64,000 bases of DNA. Origin: Candidatus Udaeobacter sp. (GTDB taxonomy: Bacteria > Pseudomonadota > Alphaproteobacteria > Dongiales > Dongiaceae). Below are positions 1 through 9,016 of the stretch, in pieces. The stretch is taken from assembly GCA_035604155.1 (NCBI GenBank), contig DATNJA010000240.1:3080-67079 (forward strand), written 5' to 3'. Position 1 is the first letter of the stretch. Every line of letters begins with the position of its first letter. The position numbers and the translations under genes were made by a program. The notes under the pieces were generated by a model that worked only from the letters and a program-made list of their open reading frames with translations, searched no databases and was not told the DNA's origin.

Positions 1-549
1 GGCCACAAGGGCGGCGTCCTCTGGTTCACCGGGCTCTCGGGCGCCGGCAAGTCGACCATCGCCATGGAAGTCGAACGGCGCCTGTTCCAGAAGGGCTACC
101 TGGTCTACGTCCTGGATGGCGACAACGTGCGCAACGGGCTCAATGCCAATCTCGGCTTTTCGCCCGAGGACCGGGCGGAGAATATCCGGCGGATCGGCGA
201 GGTGGCGGCGCTCTTTGCCGATGCCGGCATGATCGCCATCACTGCCTTCATCTCCCCCTATCGGGCGGACCGGCAGCGGGCCCGCAGCGCCGCCAAGTCG
301 AGCTTCCACGAGATCTACGTGAAAGCCGACGTGGCGACCTGCGAGAAGCGCGATCCCAAGGGTCTCTACAAGCGAGCCAGGCGGGGTGAGATCGCCGAGT
401 TCACCGGCGTGTCCGCGCCCTACGAGGAGCCTGAGGCGGCGGAGTTCGTTGTCGACACTGGCGCGCTCTCGGTCGAGGACAGCGTGCGCAGCGTCGTCGA
501 CTACGTGGCACGTAACTTTGCTTTGACAGACACCGCGCCAAGAGCCTGA
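1..549 (+). CDS. cysC: Adenylyl-sulfate (APS) kinase, 5' end outside window (stand-alone CysC or C-terminal domain of a CysN/CysC fusion)
   Basis: Frame is open to nt 1. P-loop GLSGAGKST and the APS-kinase core (DGDNVRNGLN..GFS..DRAENIRRIGEVA..ISPYR) are present. Stop at 547-549. Confidence 0.9.
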   Translation, partial: GHKGGVLWFTGLSGAGKSTIAMEVERRLFQKGYLVYVLDGDNVRNGLNANLGFSPEDRAENIRRIGEVAALFADAGMIAITAFISPYRADRQRARSAAKSSFHEIYVKADVATCEKRDPKGLYKRARRGEIAEFTGVSAPYEEPEAAEFVVDTGALSVEDSVRSVVDYVARNFALTDTAPRA

Positions 550-794
550 AATCGTTGGGCAAGAATGCGCTTGCATGTCCAGGGGGCAGTCAGTAGCTTT
601 CGCTGAATGTCGGCCCGCCGGGATATGGCGGAAGCCGGGGTGGTACCGTCGCCGACGTCACAAGAAACGAACGGCAACGGGGGGCAGAGCCGCACTTTGC
701 GAGCGGCGGGCATGGAGATGTGACAGGGGACGTGGGCACGGACCCACGAGCTGTGGCCTATCGGTCGTGGGAGCGTTAAGGGGGTCTGCGCGGG

Positions 795-2444
795 ATGAAA
801 GAGTCGAGGTTTCGTCTGCAGACGACCGACGCAGCTGCGTTGCGGCCCAGCCTGTCGCAGCGCGCCCGTGGAAGACTCGACCGCTGGTTCCCCCCGCGGG
901 AACTCATTCTCAGAACCGACGGCCGCGTTGCCTATCTCGCCATTTCCTCGCGTCAGCAGAAGATCACCGCGGCGATCCTGTTCGGTTTCGCCATCTGGGG
1001 CGCGTTTGCCACCACCAACATGGTCCTCAGCGGCCGGCAGCTCGCCGCCAAGCGCGGGGAGCTCGATCGCGCCCAGACCGCTTACGTCGACCTGCTGAAC
1101 GAGATGACGCGCTCCTATGACGACCTGCTCGCCTTCGCGCGCAACGTCGACAAGAACCAGGCGAACCAACTCGCCTCCGGCGAGTCGGGGAATGGCGACA
1201 ATGCAGACATCCCGGGCTTGGGCGAAGTGCGCCAACGCCAACTCTCGCTGCGCGACAAGCTGCAGAACTTCGGCCAGGATCTCCAGGCGGTGGCGAGCCG
1301 GAACCAGCAGCTCTCCGATGCCGTCAGCCAGCTACGCGACCAGCTCCAGGTTGCGCAGTCGCAGAACACATCGCTGAATCAGTCGCGCGAAGAGGTCAAC
1401 GCACAGCTGCAGAACACGCGCCAGCAGCTGGCCTCCGAGTTGACGGCGATGCAGCAGGTCCTGTCCCAGGCGGATGGACGCAAACAAATCCTCGCCAATC
1501 AGGTCACTCAGCTGCAAGGCGATCTGACGGATTCGGAGCACCATGAGGCCGAAGCGGACCTCGCCCGAAAATTGGCGGAAGAGCAGATCGCCATGCTGCT
1601 GGATCAGTTGAATTCGGCACGGGCGGACAACACCCATCTGAAGCGCCAGGTGACGGACGCTCAGACGGCGCTCAATACCGCCATCACCCAGCGCGAGGCC
1701 CTGCAGTCATCCCGGCGCGATCTTACTGGCCGGATCGGCGACCTCGAAAACCAGCTGGCCACGATCCAGCGCTCGCAGCAGACCATCGTCGATCGCCTGG
1801 CGGCGCGCACGCGCAACGGCGTGGACGAGGTCGAGAAGACCGTGGCCATGACCGGGGTCGACGTGGACGGGCTGTTGCTGCGCGCCGCTCATGCGCTCTC
1901 TGGCCAGGGCGGACCCTTCATTCCGGTCAAGGATCCGCCAAGCGGGACCGACGGCACCTTGCTGATGGCGAGCGTGGCTTCGCTGGACGGCGAGGTCGGC
2001 CGGCTGGAGACGCTGCAGCTGGTTCTGAAGACCCTGCCGCTCATGGCGCCCATCGATCACTATTTCATCGCCAGCCCCTTCGGCATCCGCAAGGATCCCT
2101 TCAACGGACGCTTCTCCTTCCATCCCGGCCTCGATCTGGCGAACGCCTTGCTTTCGCCGGTGCTGTCGACCTCGCCTGGCGTCGTGGTCTTCGCCGGCTG
2201 GCGCGGCGGCTACGGCCGCATGGTGGAGATCGATCATGGACTGGGCGTACATACGCGATACGGCCACCTGGCCCGCATCGACGTGGCAGTGGGCGATGCC
2301 GTCGACTATCGGCAGCAGATTGGCTTGCTCGGCAGCTCCGGGCGCAGTACTGGTCCGCATGTCCATTACGAAGTGCTGATCGACGGTCGACCCATGGATC
2401 CCATGAACTTCCTGAAGGCGGGGCGTTATGTTTTCAAAGGCTAG
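795..2444 (+). CDS. Membrane-anchored coiled-coil M23 (LytM-type) metallopeptidase, LmdC-like architecture
   Basis: 549-aa ORF with an N-terminal tail, one TM segment (ITAAILFGFAIWGAFATTNMVL) and a long Q/L-rich coiled coil. The C-terminal M23 domain has intact HxxxD (HPGLD) and HxH (HVH) motifs. Start codon not verified. Confidence 0.85.
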   Translation: MKESRFRLQTTDAAALRPSLSQRARGRLDRWFPPRELILRTDGRVAYLAISSRQQKITAAILFGFAIWGAFATTNMVLSGRQLAAKRGELDRAQTAYVDLLNEMTRSYDDLLAFARNVDKNQANQLASGESGNGDNADIPGLGEVRQRQLSLRDKLQNFGQDLQAVASRNQQLSDAVSQLRDQLQVAQSQNTSLNQSREEVNAQLQNTRQQLASELTAMQQVLSQADGRKQILANQVTQLQGDLTDSEHHEAEADLARKLAEEQIAMLLDQLNSARADNTHLKRQVTDAQTALNTAITQREALQSSRRDLTGRIGDLENQLATIQRSQQTIVDRLAARTRNGVDEVEKTVAMTGVDVDGLLLRAAHALSGQGGPFIPVKDPPSGTDGTLLMASVASLDGEVGRLETLQLVLKTLPLMAPIDHYFIASPFGIRKDPFNGRFSFHPGLDLANALLSPVLSTSPGVVVFAGWRGGYGRMVEIDHGLGVHTRYGHLARIDVAVGDAVDYRQQIGLLGSSGRSTGPHVHYEVLIDGRPMDPMNFLKAGRYVFKG

Positions 2445-2874
2445 CAGTCAGACCAAACCGACATCCGGCATCAGTGCCGTCGGCGGCACCGACATCTCGC
2501 GTCCGACCCCGCGTAGTGCGGCGCCCTCCATCATCAGTTCCGATCTCAAGATCCTGGGCGACCTGATCAGTGCCGGCGACCTGCAAGTGGACGGAATCGT
2601 CGAAGGCGATATCCAGAGCCGGTCGCTGACCATCGGCGAAGGCGCGGTCGTGAACGGCAATGTGGTGGCGGAGACGACGCGGGTTTGCGGCCAGGTGACC
2701 GGACAGATTCGCGCCAACACCGTCACCCTCGACCGGACCGCGAAGGTCGTGGGGGACATCGTCCATCAGATTCTGGCGATCGAACCGGGCGCCTTCCTGG
2801 AGGGCCATGTACGCCACAGCGATTCTCCCGGCGGGTCGGACGGACGCAGATTGGGCGACGGCAAGGCTTCCTAG
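2428..2874 (+). CDS. Bactofilin (polymer-forming cytoskeletal protein)
   Basis: 148-aa ORF with bactofilin beta-helix repeats (DLKILGDLISAGDLQVDGIVEGDIQSRSLTIGEGAVVNGNVVAE...). The ATG overlaps the M23 gene by 17 nt. Confidence 0.9.
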   Translation: MFSKASSQTKPTSGISAVGGTDISRPTPRSAAPSIISSDLKILGDLISAGDLQVDGIVEGDIQSRSLTIGEGAVVNGNVVAETTRVCGQVTGQIRANTVTLDRTAKVVGDIVHQILAIEPGAFLEGHVRHSDSPGGSDGRRLGDGKAS

Positions 2875-2986
2875 AGCCTGATCGTCTCAAGCCTGTTCGG
2901 CTTGAGACGTGAATCAGGCTCCAAACTTAACTTGTAGAACAAGATTCACGGGTCAGCTTGATAGAAGCTGACCCGATCTTGCTCTA
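2872..2986. repeat. Composite palindromic intergenic element, copy A; probably also a bidirectional terminator
   Basis: The whole 115-bp spacer between convergent stops is structured. Arms AGCCTGAT (2875-2882) / ATCAGGCT (2913-2920) enclose CGTCTCAAGCC (2883-2893) / GGCTTGAGACG (2899-2909). A second hairpin is GGGTCAGCTT (2950-2959) / AAGCTGACCC (2965-2974). Both ends recur at 11875..11932. Confidence 0.7.
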
Positions 2987-3985
2987 GGTCACCGCGTCGA
3001 GGGCCTTGGCGTAGATCTCCGGATCGACATTCCCGCCTGAGCACACGATGCCGACGGCGAGCCCCCGGCCTTGGAACTTGCCCGAGAGGAGAGCCGCGAG
3101 GGCGACCGCGCCACTCGGCTCCAGCACCAGTTTCAGCACCTGGAAGGCATAGGCCATGGCTTGGAAGACTTCGCCGTCGCTGAGCGCGATGCCGCCGGCG
3201 AGCTGCCGGTCGTTGAGGGCGAAGGTAAGCCGGCCGGGGATCGGCGCCATCAGGCCATCGCAAACGGTCTTGGCACCGGCCGCGCAGCCGAGCCGCCGGT
3301 GAGCGGCGAGCGACCGGCCCGTATCGTCGAAGCCTTCGGGCTCGCAGGCGAAGACAGGCAGGCGGGGCCATGTCGCCTGGAGCGCCAGGGTCGAACCCGC
3401 GATGAGGCCGCCACCGCCGCAGGGGATGAGAGCCGCATCCAGCTCCGCACCACGCGCGCGCGCCTGACGCGCCAGCTCGAGCCCGACGGTGCCCTGACCG
3501 GAGATGACGTCGGCATCCTCGTAGGGCCGCACGATGGTCGCGCCAGTCTTGGCGGCGAGCGCCTCGGCGATTGCCTCCCTGTCGTCGCGCTGGCGGTCGT
3601 AAAGCACGACCTCGGCGCCGTAGGACCGCGTGTTGGCGATCTTGATCGCCGGCGCGTCGGATGGCATCACGATGGTTGCCTTGAAGCCGAGCAGCTGCGC
3701 GGCAGCGGCCACGCCCTGGGCATGATTGCCGGAGGAGTAGGCGACGACCGAGGCACTTCCGCCCAGCTCGGCAAGGCAGGAGAGCTTGTTGAAGGCGCCG
3801 CGGAACTTGAAAGAGCCCGTGCGCTGCAGCTGCTCCGGCTTCACCAGCACGCGCCCGCCGATGCGCTCATTGAGGGCGGGCCATTCCAGCAACGGCGTCT
3901 CCACGGCCCGTCCGCCGATGCGCCGGGCCGCCGCCTCCACTTCCGCTACGGTCGGCAGGAGTTCAGAATCGAGCGAGGAATTCAT
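2984..3985 (-). CDS. PLP-dependent threonine/serine dehydratase (fold type II)
   Basis: PLP-lysine motif SFKFRGAFNKL and glycine loop CGGGGLIAG. Start placed at MNSSLDSE (ATG 3985), because the longer ORF runs into the upstream gene. Confidence 0.85.
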   Translation of the reverse strand: MNSSLDSELLPTVAEVEAAARRIGGRAVETPLLEWPALNERIGGRVLVKPEQLQRTGSFKFRGAFNKLSCLAELGGSASVVAYSSGNHAQGVAAAAQLLGFKATIVMPSDAPAIKIANTRSYGAEVVLYDRQRDDREAIAEALAAKTGATIVRPYEDADVISGQGTVGLELARQARARGAELDAALIPCGGGGLIAGSTLALQATWPRLPVFACEPEGFDDTGRSLAAHRRLGCAAGAKTVCDGLMAPIPGRLTFALNDRQLAGGIALSDGEVFQAMAYAFQVLKLVLEPSGAVALAALLSGKFQGRGLAVGIVCSGGNVDPEIYAKALDAVT

Positions 3986-4874
3986 CGATCGCCTTTTCGG
4001 CTTCGGGTTCATCGAGGGACGGCACATGGCCCGCCCCGGCCACTTCGACACGGAGCAGATCGGGTTTCTCGGCCGCCATGTGATCGAAGGTAGCCGCGGT
4101 CAGCACGTCGGACAATGCCCCGCGTAGCGCCAGCGCCGGCCGGGTGCCGAGGCCGCGGTAATAGGCCCAGAGATCGGGCAGGTTCCTGCTGTCGGCGGCG
4201 AGCGTGCCGGCCAGCGCCGTATCCCAATCGTAGTGGAGCAGCCCGTCCTCGCCGCGCCGGTAGGAAGCCTCGGCCATGCGCTGCCACTTGACGGGTGTGG
4301 GCAGGGCGAGGGTCGGGAACATCTCGCGCAGCGCGGCGATGGCGGCGGGCCAGTCGGGCTGGGGTCGGTCGGCGGAGATATAGTCGAGGATGCGGCGATA
4401 ACCGTCACCGGCGACCTCCGGCCCGATGTCGTTGATAATGACGCCGGCAACCAGGGTTGGCCGCAACGCCGCCAGACCCATGGCCAGCAATCCGCCCATG
4501 GACGTGCCCAGAACGACGGCACGCTCGATCCCCAGCACGGTCAGGAAATCGAGAACATCGCCGGCATAGGTCTCGGGTCGGTAGTTGCGCCAGTCGGGAT
4601 CCCGGCTCGACAGGCCCCGGCCGCGATAGTCGGGCGCCACGACGCGCCGGCGCGGCGCATGACGGAGCGCCAGGTCATGAAAGTCCTTGGAGTTGCGCGT
4701 CAGACCCCCGAGGCAAAGGAGGGGCAACCCAGGAGCATCGAAGCCGTAATCCCGACCATAGAGCAGCAGGTCATCCTGGCTGCGAAACCATCGCGGTTGG
4801 AAACCTGTATCGGGCACGGGATCGGCGGCGCGGCCGGCTTCGGCGCCGGTCGTGGGCGAAGAGGATTCGGCCAT
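3963..4874 (-). CDS. Alpha/beta-fold hydrolase
   Basis: 303-aa ORF with nucleophile elbow GTSMGG and an HG-type oxyanion region (LLCLGGLTRN). Paralogous to 10076..10912. Confidence 0.8.
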   Translation of the reverse strand: MAESSSPTTGAEAGRAADPVPDTGFQPRWFRSQDDLLLYGRDYGFDAPGLPLLCLGGLTRNSKDFHDLALRHAPRRRVVAPDYRGRGLSSRDPDWRNYRPETYAGDVLDFLTVLGIERAVVLGTSMGGLLAMGLAALRPTLVAGVIINDIGPEVAGDGYRRILDYISADRPQPDWPAAIAALREMFPTLALPTPVKWQRMAEASYRRGEDGLLHYDWDTALAGTLAADSRNLPDLWAYYRGLGTRPALALRGALSDVLTAATFDHMAAEKPDLLRVEVAGAGHVPSLDEPEAEKAIDEFLARF

Positions 4875-4877
4875 CGC

Positions 4878-6854
4878 CTAAGGACCGCCCCTGCGGGTCA
4901 GGTCCTGCTGCAAGGATTGAGCGATCTGCACGATGCCCAGGCGGTGGCGGTAGACCTGCAAGTTCTCCAGGACCCGCTGCACGTAGTTGCGGGTTTCGGC
5001 AAAGGGGATGCTCTCGATCCAATCCACCACATCCGTGCCGTAATCGCGGGGATCGCCGAATTGGCTGATCCAGCCGTCCACGCGATCGGGGCCGGCGTTA
5101 TAGGCCGCAATGGCCAGCACATAAGACTGCCCGTAGTTATCGAGCAGCTCCTGGAGATAGCTCCGCCCGAGGCGGATGTTGTAATCGGGATCCTTGGTCA
5201 GGAGTTCCTTCTTGTAGCGGGTCTTCAGGCCCTTGGCGACGTGCTTGGCCGTCGGCGGCATGAGCTGCATCAGGCCTAGAGCCCCGGCCGGGCTCGAGGC
5301 TTTGACCTCGAAGGCGCTTTCCTGGCGGATGACGGCCAAGACCAAGGCCTCTTCCGGCCCGGTGCCGACGGGGATGGCGCGCATGGGATAGAGGTACTCG
5401 ATCAGATCGACGCCCTTGCTGCGGGCGGTCTTGGCAACCATGATCGCGAGGTCGTCGCGCTTCAGCTCATGGCCGAGATCGGCAATCATGCGCAGCACCG
5501 CGGGACGCTCCGCATCGTCGGCCATTTTCTGCAGGAAGGCACGCGCGCGGTCGCTTTCGCCAAGCTGGCCAAGCAGCCGGACGACGCGCACGAGTTCGCG
5601 TCTGTCGAAATCGGCGCGCTCGGCGGCGCTGGGCTGGGGCATGGGTCCGAACCTGAGCACGTCGCGGCTGCCGAGCCTGGCCGCCGCCAGCTGGCCATAA
5701 TAGGTCGTCAGGTTGGAAGCCGCGGCCCGATACCAGTTCTGGGCCGTGGCCAAATCACCCATTTCCTCCGAGGCTCTGCCGGCCCAATAGGCGCCGCGGG
5801 CCTTGCTGATCGGGGATGTGACGCCGGCGTAGAGCCCGGTGAACCGGTCGTAGCTCTCCTTGTAGTCGTCGAGGAAGCGCAGCCCGATCCAACCGGCGAG
5901 CCATTCGCCCTCGGCAAAGACCGATCCCTGGGTGGCGCCATGGCCCGACGCGAGGCGGAACGCGACCGACATGTCGCCCCGGACAACCGCACGCCTCGCC
6001 GCGTCCTCGAGCTCCGGCCAGAACAAGTCCGGCCGGGCGATGTCCGGCGGCGGCGGGTCGAGTACGGCCGCCTCTCCCAGATAGTCGTCCGCCCGACGCA
6101 AGGCCGCGGCGCGTTCATAGAGCAGCCCGGCATCGCGCTGAAGGGCCGGCGGCACCGCAGCCACGAGTTCCGCTGCCGTCGGCTCCTGCTTGGCCAGGGC
6201 AAGACGCGCTTCGGCCAACGCCCGATGGCCGGGATCGACCAGGGGCATCACCTGGCGAGCGCCGTCCTCGTCGTGGTTCCACAGTAGCCGGTCGAGGCGG
6301 GCGATGTGATCCTCCGGCTGGAGCCTCGACTGGAACACGGCGAGGAACCCAAGCTCGTCGGCGTCGTTGTCGAAATTGTCGTCCCGCCAGGCCTCGCGGA
6401 TCATATCGGTTGCGGCGTCGGGCCGGCCCTTGGCCGCCAGCGCCTGGGCGAGGGCAGCAGCACCATAGGCGGTGCTGGGCGAGCGATCCTTGAACCAGGC
6501 GAGCAGCGCGTCCGCCGACATGTCCGAGGGCATGTTGTGTTCGGCCATCGCCTGGAGTTTGTCCTGGTCTGGCCAGTCGGGGTTTTGGACCATGAACTGG
6601 GTGATTTCGTCGAAGGACCGGCCCGGCCCCGGGCGCGTCAGGTCGAGCCACTGGATCACCTTGCCGGGCAGCGGGTTTTTTGCCAATCCAGCGAGCCGGC
6701 GTGCCTCCAGCCAATGGTCCTGATCGACCGCCTTGAATGCAGCCCGGTAGACGATCAGGTCGGCGACCGACAGGCTTTCCGCATTTGCAGCTTCTCCGGC
6801 GAGGAGTGCGGGCAACAGGAACGCCAGAAGCGCGCAAAGCTTACGCATCGTCAC
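4878..6854 (-). CDS. slt: Soluble lytic murein transglycosylase (Slt70-like)
   Basis: Signal peptide MTMRKLCALLAFLLPALLAGEAANA, a long superhelical N-terminal region, and a C-terminal SLT domain (IRQESAFEVKASSPAGALGLMQLMPPTA..AYNAGP). Confidence 0.9.
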   Translation of the reverse strand: MTMRKLCALLAFLLPALLAGEAANAESLSVADLIVYRAAFKAVDQDHWLEARRLAGLAKNPLPGKVIQWLDLTRPGPGRSFDEITQFMVQNPDWPDQDKLQAMAEHNMPSDMSADALLAWFKDRSPSTAYGAAALAQALAAKGRPDAATDMIREAWRDDNFDNDADELGFLAVFQSRLQPEDHIARLDRLLWNHDEDGARQVMPLVDPGHRALAEARLALAKQEPTAAELVAAVPPALQRDAGLLYERAAALRRADDYLGEAAVLDPPPPDIARPDLFWPELEDAARRAVVRGDMSVAFRLASGHGATQGSVFAEGEWLAGWIGLRFLDDYKESYDRFTGLYAGVTSPISKARGAYWAGRASEEMGDLATAQNWYRAAASNLTTYYGQLAAARLGSRDVLRFGPMPQPSAAERADFDRRELVRVVRLLGQLGESDRARAFLQKMADDAERPAVLRMIADLGHELKRDDLAIMVAKTARSKGVDLIEYLYPMRAIPVGTGPEEALVLAVIRQESAFEVKASSPAGALGLMQLMPPTAKHVAKGLKTRYKKELLTKDPDYNIRLGRSYLQELLDNYGQSYVLAIAAYNAGPDRVDGWISQFGDPRDYGTDVVDWIESIPFAETRNYVQRVLENLQVYRHRLGIVQIAQSLQQDLTRRGGP

Positions 6855-6997
6855 GGGGGGCCCCCTTCAGTCACGACTCTATGATAGCGGAAATTCGTCG
6901 ATCTGGGCGACGCTAGGTGATCGACAGGCGCCGGCAATCCGGGTTAGAAGCCCGGCGCCGGAGGGCATGTTCGGCTCCGTCAGAAGCGAGGGTTCCT

Positions 6998-8143
6998 TTG
7001 GACAAGCAATTCGACGACGTGCTCGGCATGGTCAATGCCCTGAAGCCCAGCTATCCGGTCTATTGCCTGCGACCCCATGTGCTCCGCCAGCAGGCACAGA
7101 AGTTCCTGGAGCTCTTCCCCGGCCGCGTCCTCTACGCCGTCAAATGCAATCCCCACCCAAGCGTCCTGCGCGCCCTCTATGACGCAGGCATCCGGCACTT
7201 CGATACCGCCTCGCTGCCCGAAATCGCCCTGGTGCGCGAGAATTTCCCCGACGCCGGGGCCTATTTCATGCATCCCGTCAAGTCCAGGGCGGTGATCCAT
7301 GCGGCGGCGCGCATCTACAACGTCGATACCTTCGTGGTCGATCACGAAAAGGAGCTCGCCAAGGTCATCGATGAGACGGGGGGCGGGGAGGGAGTCCAAA
7401 TCGTCGTCCGGCTGGCGACGCCGCCGGTGGAGGGCACGTTCTTCCATCTTTCGGCCAAGTTCGGCGCGCCGGCGGATGTCGGCGCCGAATTGCTGCGTGC
7501 CGCCAGGCAGCAGGGATGCCAGGTTGGGATCGCCTTCCATGTCGGCTCCCAGTGCCTCGTCCCAGGGGCCTATTCGCAGGCCTTGGAAATCGTCGGCCGG
7601 ACCATGGAAGCGGCCGGGACGCCGCTCCAGCTGCTGGACGTGGGCGGCGGTTTCCCGGCCCATTACGTCGGCAGCAACACGCCGCCCTTGGAAGACTACA
7701 TGGGCGCCATTGAGGCCGGGGTGAAGAAACTTCATCTGCGCCGGGACTGCGTGCTCATGTGCGAGCCAGGCCGGGCCCTCGTCGCTCACGGCATTTCCAT
7801 CATCGTCCAGGTCCAGTTGCGCAAGGGCAACCAGCTCTACATCAACGACGGCATCTACGGCTCCTTCGACGAAATGGTCTCGGCCAAGATCAAGCTGCCC
7901 GCCCGGATGGTGCGCATCAAGGGCGATTCAACGGCCCCGCTTCAGCCCTTTATCCTGGACGGCCCCACATGCGATTCCCTCGACGTGCTGCCGGGCACCT
8001 TCGATCTGCCGGCGGACATCGAGGACGGCGACTGGATCGAGATCGACCGCATGGGCGCCTATTCGAACGCCACGGCGACCCATTTCAACGGCTTCTATCC
8101 GGAGACCCTGGTCGTCACCAACGACCAGCCTATGGCGGCGTAG
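6998..8143 (+). CDS. Type III PLP decarboxylase (ornithine/lysine decarboxylase family)
   Basis: Motifs YAVKCNPHP (PLP lysine), GGGFP and CDSLD. Start uncertain: TTG 6998 follows GAGGG; ATG 7028 and GTG 6917 are alternatives. Confidence 0.85.
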   Translation: MDKQFDDVLGMVNALKPSYPVYCLRPHVLRQQAQKFLELFPGRVLYAVKCNPHPSVLRALYDAGIRHFDTASLPEIALVRENFPDAGAYFMHPVKSRAVIHAAARIYNVDTFVVDHEKELAKVIDETGGGEGVQIVVRLATPPVEGTFFHLSAKFGAPADVGAELLRAARQQGCQVGIAFHVGSQCLVPGAYSQALEIVGRTMEAAGTPLQLLDVGGGFPAHYVGSNTPPLEDYMGAIEAGVKKLHLRRDCVLMCEPGRALVAHGISIIVQVQLRKGNQLYINDGIYGSFDEMVSAKIKLPARMVRIKGDSTAPLQPFILDGPTCDSLDVLPGTFDLPADIEDGDWIEIDRMGAYSNATATHFNGFYPETLVVTNDQPMAA

Positions 8144-8999
8144 GTTTCCCGCCGCTGAGATCGGATATCGCGACGCCGGCAAGGGCTCCCAGCACCAGGA
8201 TGCCGCCGGCAAGGCTGCGAAGGCCGGGGTTTTCGCCCAGCGCGATCCACACCCAAAGAGGGGCGGCCACCGTCTCCAGCAGCGACACCAGCCCCGCCTC
8301 GGCCGGGGGGATCAGCTTGGCGCCAGCCAGATAGAGCATCAGCCCGACCCCGAATTCGTCGATTCCGAGTGCCGCCATCAGAACGAAGTCGCCGGCAGAT
8401 GCCCCGCCAAAGTGGGCGAAGGGCAGGAACAGAACCGCGCTGAAGGCCGCCGCGATGAAGACCGTGGGCAGGATATCGACCTCCGGATGCCGGCGCATGA
8501 TGACGATCACCAGGCCGAAGACGGTGGGGACCCCCATGGCCAGAAGGTCGCCGATCAGGCTGCTGCTGCCGAAACTGCCCGAGACCATGACCAAGGCCCC
8601 GATGAAGGAAACGCCGATGGCGATCCAGACCACGCGCATCACCGGTTCCTTGAGCACGACCAGTCCGATCAGCGCGGAGGACAGGGGCGTAAGTGCGACC
8701 ATCACCACCAGGTGAGCGACCGAGGTGAAGTGAAGGGCGCCCATGTAGCAGGTCCCATCGACGATGAAGAGCAGGGCAACGGCGAAACCCGGCCAACCCA
8801 TGGCAATGAGGGACGCCGGCAGCTTCCGGCCCTTGCGCCGGAGCAGGACCACAAGCAGGAACAGCGCTGCCGCGGTCGCCCGGCCGCAGAGAATGGTGAT
8901 CACATCAACCGAGGTGAGTCGGAAGATGAGGCCGGCGAGGCTCCAGGCGAGCGCCCCGGACGAAACCAGGAGCAGCCCCTTGCGATGACTCTCTGTCAT
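8130..8999 (-). CDS. DMT/EamA-family transporter
   Basis: Only the C-terminal 289 aa of the 582-aa track ORF are membrane-protein-like (MTESHRKGLLLVSSGALAWSLAG..., about 10 TM, two EamA halves). The upstream part is Arg/His-rich noise overlapping the next gene. Confidence 0.85.
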   Translation of the reverse strand: MTESHRKGLLLVSSGALAWSLAGLIFRLTSVDVITILCGRATAAALFLLVVLLRRKGRKLPASLIAMGWPGFAVALLFIVDGTCYMGALHFTSVAHLVVMVALTPLSSALIGLVVLKEPVMRVVWIAIGVSFIGALVMVSGSFGSSSLIGDLLAMGVPTVFGLVIVIMRRHPEVDILPTVFIAAAFSAVLFLPFAHFGGASAGDFVLMAALGIDEFGVGLMLYLAGAKLIPPAEAGLVSLLETVAAPLWVWIALGENPGLRSLAGGILVLGALAGVAISDLSGGKPTPP

Positions 9000-9016
9000 G
9001 CGGGCAGGGGCGGTCA

